Shown piece after piece: positions 35,390 to 45,401 of a stretch of DNA of 64,000 nucleotides. The DNA comes from Thermoguttaceae bacterium (GTDB taxonomy: Bacteria; Planctomycetota; Planctomycetia; Pirellulales; Thermoguttaceae): contig JAVBPO010000054.1 of the NCBI GenBank assembly GCA_031549565.1, positions 20,322 to 84,321 on the forward strand, read 5' to 3'. The translations under genes were made by a program, and so were the position numbers. The notes below the pieces were generated by a model. It saw only the letters and a list, made by a program, of their open reading frames with translations, searched no databases and was not told the origin of the DNA. Position 1 is the first letter of the stretch. Each line of letters starts with the position of its first letter.

Positions 35390-36442
35390 ATGTTTCTGCT
35401 CGAAAACTATTCGCTTGCCGTTCTGTTCTGTTTCATTACGATGCTCTGCTGGGGCTCCTGGGGTAATACGCAGAAATTGGCGGGAAAAACCTGGCGGTTC
35501 GAGTTGTTCTATTGGGATTATGTGATCGGCGTGTTTTTGCTGTCGCTCGTTTGCGCTTTGACGGCGGGCAATTCCGGAGACATGGGGCGAGGATTCTTCG
35601 CCGACCTGTCCCAGGCGAGTACTTCCGCGCTCGGTTGGGCGTTTCTGGGCGGGGTCGTGTTCAACATCGCGAATATCCTACTCGTTGCCGCGATCGCGAT
35701 TGCCGGAATGTCGGTCGCGTTTCCCGTCGGAATCGGGCTCGCCTTGGTTTTGGGCGTTATCCTGAACTACGTCGACAAGCCGGAAGGGAATCCCACGGTG
35801 ATCTTTACCGGCGTCGCCCTGATCGCGGTTGCGATCGTGATCAATGCGATCGCTTACCGGAAACTGCCGGGCCAGAATTCGTCCGTCGGAACGCGGGGAC
35901 TCGTTCTCTCGATCATCTGCGGCGTGCTCATGTCGACGTTTTATTACTTCGTCGCAAAATCGCTGGCCGGGGTCGAAATGGCCGACGGAGCGGGAATCAA
36001 CAACACGGTTACGGCGGCAACGCTCGAAGGGGGAACGCTGCAAGCCGGGAAACTGACCGCATACACGGCAAACTTCATTTTCGCACTCGGGATTCTGCTG
36101 AGCAACTTCATCGTCAACACGGTCGTGATGCTCAAGCCGTTCATCGGAACTCCGGTCAATCCGATGGAGTATTTCAAAGGAACGCCGAAAGATCACCTCT
36201 GGGGGATCATCGGCGGCTGTATTTGGGGCATCGGGATGTCGTGCAACATCGTCGCCTCGAACGTCGCTTCGCCGGCGATTGCTTACGGGCTCGGGCAAGG
36301 GGCGACGCTCGTTTCCGCGATTTGGGGCGTTTTCATCTGGCGGGAATTCCGAACCGCCCCGAAAGGGACCGAAAAGTTGCTCGGCGTGATGTTCCTGCTC
36401 TTCTTCGTCGGGCTGGGGATGATTATTTACGCGAAGATGTAG
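35390..36442 (+). CDS. 10-TM DMT-superfamily permease (GRP/RhaT-like sugar transporter family)
   Basis: 350-aa, very hydrophobic. N-terminal 'LCWGSWGNTQK' and internal two-fold repeat organisation. Family assignment from memory of GRP-type proteins. Confidence 0.7.
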   Translation: MFLLENYSLAVLFCFITMLCWGSWGNTQKLAGKTWRFELFYWDYVIGVFLLSLVCALTAGNSGDMGRGFFADLSQASTSALGWAFLGGVVFNIANILLVAAIAIAGMSVAFPVGIGLALVLGVILNYVDKPEGNPTVIFTGVALIAVAIVINAIAYRKLPGQNSSVGTRGLVLSIICGVLMSTFYYFVAKSLAGVEMADGAGINNTVTAATLEGGTLQAGKLTAYTANFIFALGILLSNFIVNTVVMLKPFIGTPVNPMEYFKGTPKDHLWGIIGGCIWGIGMSCNIVASNVASPAIAYGLGQGATLVSAIWGVFIWREFRTAPKGTEKLLGVMFLLFFVGLGMIIYAKM

Positions 36443-36452
36443 AAAATTGTGC

Positions 36453-36475
36453 AGCCCGGGGCAGGCCCCGGGGCT
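36453..36475. terminator. GC-rich hairpin between convergent permease and pheS genes
   Basis: AGCCCGGGG-CAGG-CCCCGGGGCT lies in the 36-nt gap between the two stop codons. Confidence 0.5.
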
Positions 36476-36478
36476 AAC

Positions 36479-37492
36479 TTAGACGATTGCGGCGAACTGT
36501 TCGTTGAATCGCAGGTCGCCGCAGTTGAGCAGGCGGATGTCGCGGATGCCGTATTTCATCATCGCAAGCCTTGTCAGCCCCATTCCGAACGCAAAACCGC
36601 TGTACTCGTTCGGGTCGATGTTGCCCGCTTTGAGCACGTTCGGATGAACCAAACCGCATGGAATCAGTTCGATCCAGCCGTCGCCGCACGTCGGGCACCC
36701 CTTGCCGCCGCAGAGCAGGCAGTTCAGGTCAAGCTCGAACCCCGGCTCGACGAACGGGAAAAAACCGGGCCGGAGTCGGACTTTCACGTCCTGTTTGAAC
36801 ACTTCGCTGAGGATCGTTTTCATCACGGCAATCAGGTTCGCGACGGAAATGTCCTTGTCGACGACGAGCCCTTCGCATTGGTAGAACGTGTTTTCGTGGG
36901 ACGGATCGACCGCTTCGTACCGGAAACAACGGCCCGGAAAGACGGCGCGAACCGGGGCGCCGAACCGCAAAAGCGTCCGAACCTGACTTGCCGAGGTGTG
37001 CGTTCGCAAAACGCGGTCGTTCGTCAGCCAAAACGTGTCCTGCATATCCCGGGCCGGGTGATCCGACGGAATGTTCAGCGATTCGAAACAGGCGTATTCC
37101 GTTTCGACTTCCGGGCCGCCGAGCACGGTGAAGCCCATTCCTTGGAAAATGTCTTCGATTTCCATTTGCACCAGCGTAATCGGATGGAGCGAGCCGAGAT
37201 TCCGATTCGAACCGGGTTGGGTTAAATCGATTCCACCGGTTTTTTTGACCGGTACCGCTTTCGCCTGATCGACCGCCTGCTGAATCGTTTCGGTCGCGAA
37301 GTTTTTCAGGTCGTTCAGCTTTTGCCCGAACCCTTTTTTCTCCTCCGCGGAAAGCTTGCTGAAATCGGTTTCTTTGGCAAGGTTCGTGATGATTCCCTTG
37401 CGACCGAGATATTTGACCCGAACGGCTTCGACCGACTCGGAATCCGTCGCTTGCTGAAGATCGGAAAGAAGAACTGTGCGGAGGGTTTCCAT
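36479..37492 (-). CDS. pheS: Phenylalanine--tRNA ligase alpha subunit (no pheT adjacent)
   Basis: Class II motifs 'HPARDMQDTFW', 'LRTHTSASQ', 'FRYEAVD', 'GFAFGMGLTRLAMMKYGI'. Start at METLRT (CAT 37490-37492). Confidence 0.93.
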   Translation of the reverse strand: METLRTVLLSDLQQATDSESVEAVRVKYLGRKGIITNLAKETDFSKLSAEEKKGFGQKLNDLKNFATETIQQAVDQAKAVPVKKTGGIDLTQPGSNRNLGSLHPITLVQMEIEDIFQGMGFTVLGGPEVETEYACFESLNIPSDHPARDMQDTFWLTNDRVLRTHTSASQVRTLLRFGAPVRAVFPGRCFRYEAVDPSHENTFYQCEGLVVDKDISVANLIAVMKTILSEVFKQDVKVRLRPGFFPFVEPGFELDLNCLLCGGKGCPTCGDGWIELIPCGLVHPNVLKAGNIDPNEYSGFAFGMGLTRLAMMKYGIRDIRLLNCGDLRFNEQFAAIV

Positions 37493-37771
37493 GGAGACTC
37501 CCGAAAAAAGATGCAAAATTGGAAAACGATCATTGTATTCTCAGGACACAATTTCGCAATCCACGGGTGAGCAAACCTTCGAGTTTGCCAATCAATCCCA
37601 TAATTCCCGTTAGGGAAAATATTTCTTGAAATATCGGAATAAATGTGGAAAATGTGTCCTATACTCTTTATAAGAGTATCATTTTCACTGGCGAAATACG
37701 AATGGACTTGGTTTTGAAGTCCGAGCGTATCTCGAAGAAAGAATCCCAATATTTCCCCCAAAAGTGCTCCC

Positions 37772-39904
37772 ATGTTCAATCGACTCTCCATTGGCGCGAA
37801 GCTGATCCTCGGTTTCGCTTGTTTAATCGTTTTTCTCCTTATTATCGGTGTAGTCGGCCTGTTTAGTATGAGGTCGATGGACAAATCCGCCGTCGACGCC
37901 ATCGCTCAAAAACAGTTGGTCGCCGATGCGATGGATATGGACGGCTTTATGTATGAAGCCCAATTTTACGCCATGTGCGGATTGTACTTCAAAGAAGAAA
38001 CCTGGATGGGAAAAAACGCGGACAATACGCAAGGAACCGGCGTGGTCGCCGATAAGGTCGCGAATTTGACGAAAAGCATGGCCGATCGAATTCCCGATCA
38101 AGATCCTTTGGACCAAGCCGCGAAGGACATCGCCAAGGAATTCGATCATTACGACGGATTGACCGACGAGTGGGTTCTGCTCAATCGAAATATCAAAAAA
38201 TCGGCGGAAGATCGGGTGGGACTAGCCGACTCTGTCCAAAATGCCTTTAAGGAGGTCGTCAAATCTGTTGAGGGAACGACTAAGGGCGAAACGATCTATT
38301 TCGACCGCGAAAAGAACGCTGCTCTCGCTGAAAAACCGGAAGGAGATTCCAAGGAGATCGCGAAACTGGCGTTCACATCCTCTCGTTTTGCCGATCAACA
38401 AAGACAACTCGGCCTCATTCTTGAAGACACCGAATGGGTTCGCCGCCTCACTCGCGAGCAGGCGATGATCACCAACATGGAAGATCTCACTAAGAAAAAC
38501 AAACAAATCACCGACGCTTTTCAGAAATCTTACAGTGACATCGACACCCTTATCGCCGGACTAACAAACCCTGATAATATCGCGAAAGCAAAAGAAGGAC
38601 GCGTCCAATTGAAAAAATGGGAAGACGCGGTCATTGTCTATGAAAAACTGGCCGTCGATCAAAACGAAGTGATCGCGAAATTTCTCGCGTCCGCTGCCAG
38701 CATTTCCAAGTTGAACGACCAGATCAGCAAAGGCTCCGAAACGAACGCTCAAGCCGCGATGGATACCTCGAAACAGGCTTACGCGACGGGCTGGTACACT
38801 GCGATCGGCGTTTCTGCAGTCGCCCTTCTGGTCGGTATCCTTCTCGGTTGGGGTTTGACCAACAGCATCGCCGGCGGAACCGCGAAGATTACCGACGCGT
38901 TGCGTAAACTCGTGACCGAAGGGGACATTACCGTGCAGATTGATCCGGCCCTGAAAAGCCGGGGGGACGAAATCGGTCGACTCGCCGGCATCGCCGACGG
39001 GGTTCTCGCCGATTACAACGGGGTCTCCAATTTGGCGGCGTCGCTGGCCAACGGCGACTGGACCGTTCCCGTCAAGTCGAAAAGCGAAAAGGACTCGATG
39101 AACATCGGCCTGAAAAGCATGATCGTCGCCGTCAACGAAGCGCTGCATCAAGTCGACCAAACGGTCTCGCAAGTCGCGACCGGAGCGGGCGAAGTTTCCA
39201 CCGCTGCCCAGAACCTCTCCAGCGGAGCCCAGGAATCCGCCGCGAGTCTGGAACAGATTACCGCCTCGATGAGCGAAATCAGCAGTCAGACGAAGCAAAA
39301 CGCCGAAAATGCCGGAACCGCCCGGGATTTGGCGAAAAAAGCGAGCGAAGCCGCCGCCGAAGGACAGCAGGCGATGACGAACATGAACACGTCGATGGAA
39401 CGGATCACTCGCAACTCGGAGGAGGTGCAGCGGGTCATTAAAGTGATCGACGACATCGCGTTCCAGACGAACCTTCTCGCTTTGAATGCCGCCGTCGAAG
39501 CCGCCCGGGCCGGACAGCACGGGAAGGGATTCGCGGTCGTCGCCGAGGAAGTGCGAAACCTCGCCGCCCGAAGCGCCAAGGCCGCCCGGGAAACCGCCGA
39601 CCTGATCGCGACCAGCGGAAAGGAAATCGAAAAAGGGGGCGAAGTCGCGAATCAGACCTCGGAGGTCCTGAACACGATCGTCGAGCAGATCAAGGAGACG
39701 ACCGACCTGATCGCCGGAATCGCGATCGCCAGCAACGAGCAGGCGCAAGGAGTCGGCCAGGTGACGATCGGCTTGCAACAGATCGATGCCGTGACCCAGC
39801 AGAACACGGCCAGCGCCGAAGAATCGGCCAGCGCCGCCGGTGAAATGACCGGTCAAGCCGTCCAATTGCAGAAATTGATCGGTCAATTCAAATTGACCCG
39901 GTAG
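37772..39904 (+). CDS. Methyl-accepting chemotaxis protein (orphan, no che genes nearby)
   Basis: Two TM segments flank a ~300-aa periplasmic domain, followed by a HAMP-like region. Conserved signalling hairpin '[44 protein letters not shown]'. Confidence 0.92.
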   Translation: MFNRLSIGAKLILGFACLIVFLLIIGVVGLFSMRSMDKSAVDAIAQKQLVADAMDMDGFMYEAQFYAMCGLYFKEETWMGKNADNTQGTGVVADKVANLTKSMADRIPDQDPLDQAAKDIAKEFDHYDGLTDEWVLLNRNIKKSAEDRVGLADSVQNAFKEVVKSVEGTTKGETIYFDREKNAALAEKPEGDSKEIAKLAFTSSRFADQQRQLGLILEDTEWVRRLTREQAMITNMEDLTKKNKQITDAFQKSYSDIDTLIAGLTNPDNIAKAKEGRVQLKKWEDAVIVYEKLAVDQNEVIAKFLASAASISKLNDQISKGSETNAQAAMDTSKQAYATGWYTAIGVSAVALLVGILLGWGLTNSIAGGTAKITDALRKLVTEGDITVQIDPALKSRGDEIGRLAGIADGVLADYNGVSNLAASLANGDWTVPVKSKSEKDSMNIGLKSMIVAVNEALHQVDQTVSQVATGAGEVSTAAQNLSSGAQESAASLEQITASMSEISSQTKQNAENAGTARDLAKKASEAAAEGQQAMTNMNTSMERITRNSEEVQRVIKVIDDIAFQTNLLALNAAVEAARAGQHGKGFAVVAEEVRNLAARSAKAARETADLIATSGKEIEKGGEVANQTSEVLNTIVEQIKETTDLIAGIAIASNEQAQGVGQVTIGLQQIDAVTQQNTASAEESASAAGEMTGQAVQLQKLIGQFKLTR

Positions 39905-39984
39905 AAATCTCACTAAAAGAGCCGGGGATGAAGCAAAGCGCAATCCCCGGGTTCAACCGACCCTTCACGCGTCTATAATAGAAA

Positions 39985-40035
39985 AAGCGGTCGGCGGTCT
40001 CCCGACCGCCGGCCGCTTATTGTTTGTACTTTTTT
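39985..40035 (+). terminator. Intrinsic terminator downstream of the MCP gene
   Basis: 15-bp stem AAGCGGTCGGCGGTC (39985-39999) / GACCGCCGGCCGCTT (40004-40018) with one G-U pair. Followed by ATTGTTTGTACTTTTTT. Confidence 0.65.
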
Positions 40036-40049
40036 CTCGGAGCTTTGTC

Positions 40050-40322
40050 ATGTCAACCTTGTTGCAAACGGAATTAGCCGAATCGTTGGACGATTTTATT
40101 CGAAACGAAATCGAAGAACTCGGTTTACGCGACGAGCGGGAATACCTCGAACGACTTGCCAAAGCCGAACAAAAGAAAAAAATCCAGGCGTATTTCGACG
40201 CCAAAATTCTCGAAGCGCTTGAAGACGATGTCTGGTATACCATGGAAGACGATTGGTTGGAAAAAAAGATCGCCGAAATGGATCGTCGGATCGAAGCCAG
40301 AAAAACAAAGAAAGTGCAATGA
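40050..40322 (+). CDS. parD: ParD-family type II antitoxin
   Basis: 90 aa, starting at MSTLLQ (ATG 40050). 'LAESLDDFIRNEIEELGLRDEREYLERL...ILEALEDD' resembles the ParD (COG3609-type) pattern. Stop overlaps the toxin start (ATGA at 40319-40322). Confidence 0.7.
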   Translation: MSTLLQTELAESLDDFIRNEIEELGLRDEREYLERLAKAEQKKKIQAYFDAKILEALEDDVWYTMEDDWLEKKIAEMDRRIEARKTKKVQ

Positions 40323-40672
40323 TCCGTAAAATTAAATTTACTTCGCTGGCGGATACCGACGTGGACGATATTGGCGATTATTTTACGGCACGAAATCGTG
40401 ACGTGGGCACGAAGTTCTATCAGTCGGTCGTTAAAACCACTCAATTCCTTGCCCGTGTTTCGGAAACGTCGGAAATCGGAACTCTTTACGAATCAGATTC
40501 GCCGACGTGTCAAAACATTCGTTTGTGGCGCGTCGACGGTTTTTCGAACTATTTGGTTTTCTATCGTGTTGAAGGTTCGACGTTGAAAATCCTCCGGGTC
40601 CTTCATGGCTCCCGGGATTATCGAAACATCATGGAAATGGTTCCACCGCAAGAATCAGAGCGGGAAGCGTAA
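40319..40672 (+). CDS. parE: ParE/RelE-family type II toxin
   Basis: 117 aa, MIRKIKFTSLADTDVDDIGDYF... The C-terminal 'YLVFYRVEGSTLKILRVLHGSRDY' is the canonical ParE ending. Confidence 0.8.
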   Translation: MIRKIKFTSLADTDVDDIGDYFTARNRDVGTKFYQSVVKTTQFLARVSETSEIGTLYESDSPTCQNIRLWRVDGFSNYLVFYRVEGSTLKILRVLHGSRDYRNIMEMVPPQESEREA

Positions 40673-40719
40673 GCGAGCGTCAAAAAGACGTCAACAGCCG
40701 GGAATTCTAAGTTCTCATT

Positions 40720-40837
40720 GGGTATGGGTTATTTTTGATTTGTTGTGTTTTATTTGTTTTTTGTTATTTTTTATTTGCTACTTCTCATTTAAAAACGCTC
40801 GCTTCCGCTTCCCGCTCTGATTTTGCTTCCCGCTCTG
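40720..40837. repeat. Degenerate T-rich heptamer tract + conserved box + partial box duplication upstream of priA
   Basis: AAAAACGCTCGCTTCCGCTTCCCGCTCTG (40791-40819) followed by ATTTTGCTTCCCGCTCTG (40820-40837). ATG at 40844. Confidence 0.8.
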
Positions 40838-40843
40838 TTTTAC

Positions 40844-43195
40844 ATGTCCCAACTTTCTTTTTTTGACGCCGAACCGATGGAGTCGGACGCGCCTTTTCAG
40901 GCGTGGAAAAACGACGAGCCGCTGCTTCTTGCGCAGATCGTTTTTCCAACCGGGCTCGACGGAACGTTCGATTACCAACTTCCGGAATCGCTCGAAGGGC
41001 AGCTTCATCCCGGAATGCGTGTCATGGTGCCACTCGGTCGCAGCAACCGTCCGACGCTCGGTTATTTCGTCGGCGAAACCGTCAAACCTGTTGACGCCAA
41101 ACTGCGGGCGAAACTCAAAACGATCCAAAGTGCCGTTGACACCGAACGGCTCTTGTCGGCGAAAATGCTCGACCTGGCCCGATGGATCGCCGGGTATTAT
41201 TTCTGCCCGCTGGGAACCGTACTCGAAGCGATGCTCCCCGCCGGGGTGCGCGGACAAGCGGCAACGCGATTGACGAGCGTGCTGTACGTCGACGACGAAT
41301 TTCAAAAGAAAATCGAGCATCTCCAAAAATTGCAAAAGCACAAAAAGAACGAGTCGCTGTTGACGAAAAAGCAGATTTACGTTCTCGAAACGCTCCGCAA
41401 AAACGCCGAACCGCTTTCAATGTCGGAATTGTGCCGGGCCGCGAAATGCTCGCAGGTTCCGATCCAGGCTTTGAAACGGCTCGGGCTCGTTCGCGTCAAA
41501 ACGATCCGCCGGGAAACGGCTCCGAAACCGCTTGACGCCGCCCCGGCGAATCCCGCCGATTCGCTCGCTCATACGCTCAATCCGGAGCAACAACGGGCGC
41601 TGGACGTGATCGTCGATTCGGTCCGGAAAATGGAGCACAAGACGTTTCTCCTCCACGGCGTCACAGGAAGCGGAAAGACCGAAGTGTACATCCGCGCGAT
41701 CGAACAGGTCGTCCGGTACGACAAGCAGGCGATCGTTCTCGTTCCTGAAATCAGTTTGACGCCGCAAACGGTCGGCCGGTTCAAAGGGCGTTTTCCCAAC
41801 GTCGCGGTGTTGCACAGCCATTTGACCGACGCGGAGCGGAGTCGGCAATGGAACAAGATCGCACGCGGCGAAATCCAAGTCGTCGTCGGAGCCCGCAGCG
41901 CGATCTTCGCCCCGGTGCCGCGGCTGGGCTTGGTCATCATCGACGAGGAACATGAAAATTCGTTCAAGCAGGACACGGCACCACGGTATCACACTCGCGA
42001 CGTCGCCGGGAAACGGGCCGCGCTCGAATCGGTGCCGTTGGTACTCGGCTCGGCGACGCCGTCGTTGGAAAGCTGGCACGCCGCGAAAACCGGGCGTTTC
42101 ACGCTCCTGTCCATGCTTCACCGGGTCAAAGGGCGGGCGTTGCCGTCGGTGAAAATCGTCGATCTTCGCGAAGCGGTGCGGGCCGGTAACACCAAAGGAG
42201 CGATTCACCGGCAACTCCACGCGGCGATCCATGATTCGCTTCAGCGGAGCGAGCAGGTGATCCTGCTGCTCAACCGTCGCGGTTTTTCGACACAAATTCT
42301 CTGCCCGGCTTGCGGAAACGCGGTCCGCTGTCCCGAGTGCGATGTTGCGCTGACGCATCACCGGACCGAAGAGATCGCGTTGTGCCATTATTGCGATTAC
42401 CAGATTCCCGCCCCGACGAAATGTCCGAAGTGCGAATTTTTCGGGATTCGTTACGCCGGGTTCGGAACGCAGAAACTGGAAATGGAAATCAAAAGCCGCT
42501 TCCCGGACGCGTCGGTGCTGCGAATGGACACCGACACCATGCAGGGGCACGGGTCGCATGAGCGGGCGCTGGCGCGGTTTCGCAGCGGCGAGATCCAGAT
42601 TCTGCTCGGTACGCAAATGATCGCCAAAGGGCTCGATTTCCCGAACGTCACGCTTGTCGGTGTCATCAACGCGGATACGGCGTTGCATTTACCCGATTTT
42701 CGTGCGCCGGAACGAACGTTCCACCTGATCACGCAGGTCGCCGGACGGACCGGTCGTGGGGAAAAAGAGGGCCGTGTGATCGTGCAGACGTTCAATCCGG
42801 ACCACCCGGCGATTATCGCGGCGTCACAGCATGATTATCTGCAATTCGTCGAAAAAGAGCTACCGGTTCGGGAGGTGCTCGGTTATCCGCCGTTCACGAA
42901 AATGCTCCGGTTCGTTTTTCGCGGACCGGATGAAAACGCGACCAAACAATTCGCGGACACGTTCGCGGACAAACTTCGCGGCGTTTTGGAGCAAATGAAG
43001 CAATGCAAATTCCGGCTGCTCGGTCCGGCCCCGGCTCCGTTGGCGAAACTACGCTCGTTCTACCGATTCCATCTTCACCTTCATTTGGACTCGGACGAAC
43101 TGATGCGTACCGTCCTAACCCAAACCATCACCGGCTTGAAAACGCCTGACACCATTCAATGGATCGTCGATATCGAACCGCTGGACATGCTGTGA
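40844..43195 (+). CDS. priA: Primosomal protein N' (replication-restart helicase PriA)
   Basis: Walker A 'GVTGSGKTEVY', 'VIIDEEHE', Zn-binding 'CPACGNAVRCPECDVALTHH...CHYCDY...CPKC', 'GTQMIAKGLDFPNV'. ATG 40844 is preferred over the track TTG 40823, which lies inside a repeat box. Confidence 0.9.
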   Translation: MSQLSFFDAEPMESDAPFQAWKNDEPLLLAQIVFPTGLDGTFDYQLPESLEGQLHPGMRVMVPLGRSNRPTLGYFVGETVKPVDAKLRAKLKTIQSAVDTERLLSAKMLDLARWIAGYYFCPLGTVLEAMLPAGVRGQAATRLTSVLYVDDEFQKKIEHLQKLQKHKKNESLLTKKQIYVLETLRKNAEPLSMSELCRAAKCSQVPIQALKRLGLVRVKTIRRETAPKPLDAAPANPADSLAHTLNPEQQRALDVIVDSVRKMEHKTFLLHGVTGSGKTEVYIRAIEQVVRYDKQAIVLVPEISLTPQTVGRFKGRFPNVAVLHSHLTDAERSRQWNKIARGEIQVVVGARSAIFAPVPRLGLVIIDEEHENSFKQDTAPRYHTRDVAGKRAALESVPLVLGSATPSLESWHAAKTGRFTLLSMLHRVKGRALPSVKIVDLREAVRAGNTKGAIHRQLHAAIHDSLQRSEQVILLLNRRGFSTQILCPACGNAVRCPECDVALTHHRTEEIALCHYCDYQIPAPTKCPKCEFFGIRYAGFGTQKLEMEIKSRFPDASVLRMDTDTMQGHGSHERALARFRSGEIQILLGTQMIAKGLDFPNVTLVGVINADTALHLPDFRAPERTFHLITQVAGRTGRGEKEGRVIVQTFNPDHPAIIAASQHDYLQFVEKELPVREVLGYPPFTKMLRFVFRGPDENATKQFADTFADKLRGVLEQMKQCKFRLLGPAPAPLAKLRSFYRFHLHLHLDSDELMRTVLTQTITGLKTPDTIQWIVDIEPLDML

Positions 43196-43261
43196 ACGCC
43201 CGTGGAGCAATAGCGGACGGAAATCAAGATTGATCTTTTCAGAACGAATTTTTCATCAAAG

Positions 43262-43729
43262 ATGAGCAGCTATCCTAAAATTATCACGGCGGTTGTTTGT
43301 TTTTTGATGTACACCTCGACTTGGGTGTTTGGAACCGATACGCCGATTCTCAAGCCGCGATTCGACGAACGTGTCGAACTGCTCGGGATCGTGTATCGCT
43401 TGGCCGGAGCGCCGGAGTATCAATCCGTCGCCTTGAAATCGTATGATGACGATATCAATCGACACTTCGCGAAATTCAAGATTCATCCCGCCGTTCTTGC
43501 TGCCAAGGTGTCGCGAAATGCGGCGGGAATTGCGTACAACGCCGTCGTCGATTATGCGGTACATATTTTTTTCAAAGACGGACACGTCGTGTTTCCCGAC
43601 GAGGATTCCGAGATCACCCTGGAACTGCTGGAACCGCGTTGGAAAAAGAAAACGGCGGAATCTTTTGCGAAACTTCTTGACGATGTTTCCGTCGAGCCGG
43701 TCCTTCTCAACTTTACGACGGGTAACTGA
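43262..43729 (+). CDS. Secreted hypothetical protein, possibly the N-terminal fragment of a DUF4932-like protein
   Basis: Signal peptide. 'RVELLGIVYRLAGAPEY....YDDDINRHFAKFKIHPAV' resembles the N-terminus of DUF4932 proteins, which are normally much longer. Followed by an AT-rich non-coding stretch. Confidence 0.45.
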   Translation: MSSYPKIITAVVCFLMYTSTWVFGTDTPILKPRFDERVELLGIVYRLAGAPEYQSVALKSYDDDINRHFAKFKIHPAVLAAKVSRNAAGIAYNAVVDYAVHIFFKDGHVVFPDEDSEITLELLEPRWKKKTAESFAKLLDDVSVEPVLLNFTTGN

Positions 43730-44176
43730 GCATTCCAACGGGCTTTGTCGTACAATGAAATTGTGCGAATTATTCCCTGGAAACGCCTTGGGGGCATTCC
43801 GGAGGTCATTATTTTGTTCAATAATTTACATCTCAATCGAATTTCAGTTTTCTGGTTTTCCAACTTTCGATTTTACGGTTTGAAACGAGCGGATTGGAAA
43901 CTGCGGCGATTATTGAAGACATTGAAATTTCGCCTGCCGAAAAAGAGGACAAGCGACTGAAACTCCAAAAACACAACATGTGCGACATTCTAATAATGAA
44001 AGCATTCGCGGGACGGGCGATGACACTTTTCACCCTCGCTGCAGTTCCACGAATCCTTTCACTTGACCACTACTGACTATTAATTTGCGGGATTGATTCG
44101 AAATTGTCGAAATGCTATACTCCAAGCGATCGAGGTTCATTCATTATTTCAATCATTCCACAAAACGACGATTTTT

Positions 44177-45208
44177 ATGGACACAAAAGATTCTCAGTAT
44201 CCCTGCTGCCCCGAGCGGCGCAAGATGCTCGGGCAAATGTTTCTCGGCAGCGTTGCGCTGGCCGCGACGGGTACGCTCGGCGGCCCCGAAGAAAAAGCGC
44301 TCGCCGCCCATCAAGCCGATGAAGCGAAATCCGATTCCGCCGACGGATACGCCAGTGCGACCCGAAAAAATACGAACTGGGCCAAGCTGGAAGATCTCAA
44401 GGAAAAACCGCCCAAGGGTAAAATCGGCAAACTGAAAATGAGCCGTATCACGCTCGGCGGGAACCTGATCGGCGGTTGGGCGCATTCGCGCGATTTGATT
44501 TACGTGTCCGATCTGGTCAAAGCGTATCATACGAAGGAAAAAATCTTCGCGACGTTCAAACTGGCCGAAGCGTGCGGGATCACGACGTTCCTGACGAACC
44601 CGATCCTGTGTGATATCATGGACGAATACTGGGAAAAAGCGGACGGAACGATCGATTTCATCTCCGACTGCGGCGGCGATTTGAGCCGGCTCAAAGAAGA
44701 TACGCAGCGTTCGATCGACGTCGGCGCGGCGGCGTGCTATGTCCACGGCGGTTTGGCGGACCATTTGGCCGAGATCGGCAATTTCGATCCGATCGCCGCG
44801 ACGCTGGAACAGATTCGCGACAATGGTCTTCCCGCCGGAATCGGGGCGCATCACCTGTCAACCGTACAGAAATGTGTCGACGCCGGTCTATGTCCTGATT
44901 ACTGGATGAAGACGCTTCACCACAACAACTACTGGTCCGCCAGAAAAGACGTCGAGTGCGACAATATCTTCTGCCGTGAACCGGACGAAACGATCGCCTA
45001 TATGCAAAGCCGTCCGGAACCGTGGATCGCGTTCAAAACGCTCGCCGCCGGATCAATTCATCCGAACGATGGTTTTCGTTATGCTTTTGAAGCAGGCGCC
45101 GATTTCATCTGCGTCGGAATGTACGATTTTCAGGTCGTCGACGATGTGAATATCGCCGTCAACATTCTCAAAGGGGAGTTGAATCGTAAAAGGGAGTGGA
45201 GAGCTTAA
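44177..45208 (+). CDS. Tat-signal hypothetical protein (possible TIM-barrel fold), function unknown
   Basis: Start at MDTKD (ATG 44177). 'ERRKMLGQMFLGSVALAATG' is a twin-arginine-like leader. Composition is protein-like, with no catalytic motif recognised. Confidence 0.75.
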   Translation: MDTKDSQYPCCPERRKMLGQMFLGSVALAATGTLGGPEEKALAAHQADEAKSDSADGYASATRKNTNWAKLEDLKEKPPKGKIGKLKMSRITLGGNLIGGWAHSRDLIYVSDLVKAYHTKEKIFATFKLAEACGITTFLTNPILCDIMDEYWEKADGTIDFISDCGGDLSRLKEDTQRSIDVGAAACYVHGGLADHLAEIGNFDPIAATLEQIRDNGLPAGIGAHHLSTVQKCVDAGLCPDYWMKTLHHNNYWSARKDVECDNIFCREPDETIAYMQSRPEPWIAFKTLAAGSIHPNDGFRYAFEAGADFICVGMYDFQVVDDVNIAVNILKGELNRKREWRA

Positions 45209-45240
45209 TTACTCCGCCAGAAAGTAATACGCACGCCATT

Positions 45241-45353
45241 GTCATTCTGAGGTACTCCGAAGAATCTGGTTTCAAGCCGTGAACGTAGCGAGTTGCGTGT
45301 TGACGGGAGGCACCAGATTCTTCGCTCCGTGAGTACACTGCGCTCAGAATGAC
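45241..45353. repeat. 113-nt element with nested inverted repeats
   Basis: GTCATTCTGAG (45241-45251) / CTCAGAATGAC (45343-45353) and CGAAGAATCTGGT (45258-45270) / ACCAGATTCTTCG (45312-45324). Confidence 0.8.
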
Positions 45354-45401
45354 ACCGCGCACCTCCGCCGTATTTCTACAGCATTACTGTCGAAGAAACC
45401 C

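Noticed and set aside
39951-39979. Sigma-70 promoter for parDE (GTTCAA-17-TATAAT).
   Set aside because: The -35 matches the consensus at only 3 of 6 positions, and a strong terminator hairpin lies between it and the parD ATG. It is mentioned in a finding but is too uncertain to list as a feature.
40823-40843. TTG start for priA given by the ORF track.
   Set aside because: The TTG lies inside the duplicated conserved repeat box. The ATG at 40844 sits in the same position relative to the box as the pyrC ATG and gives a normal PriA N-terminus.
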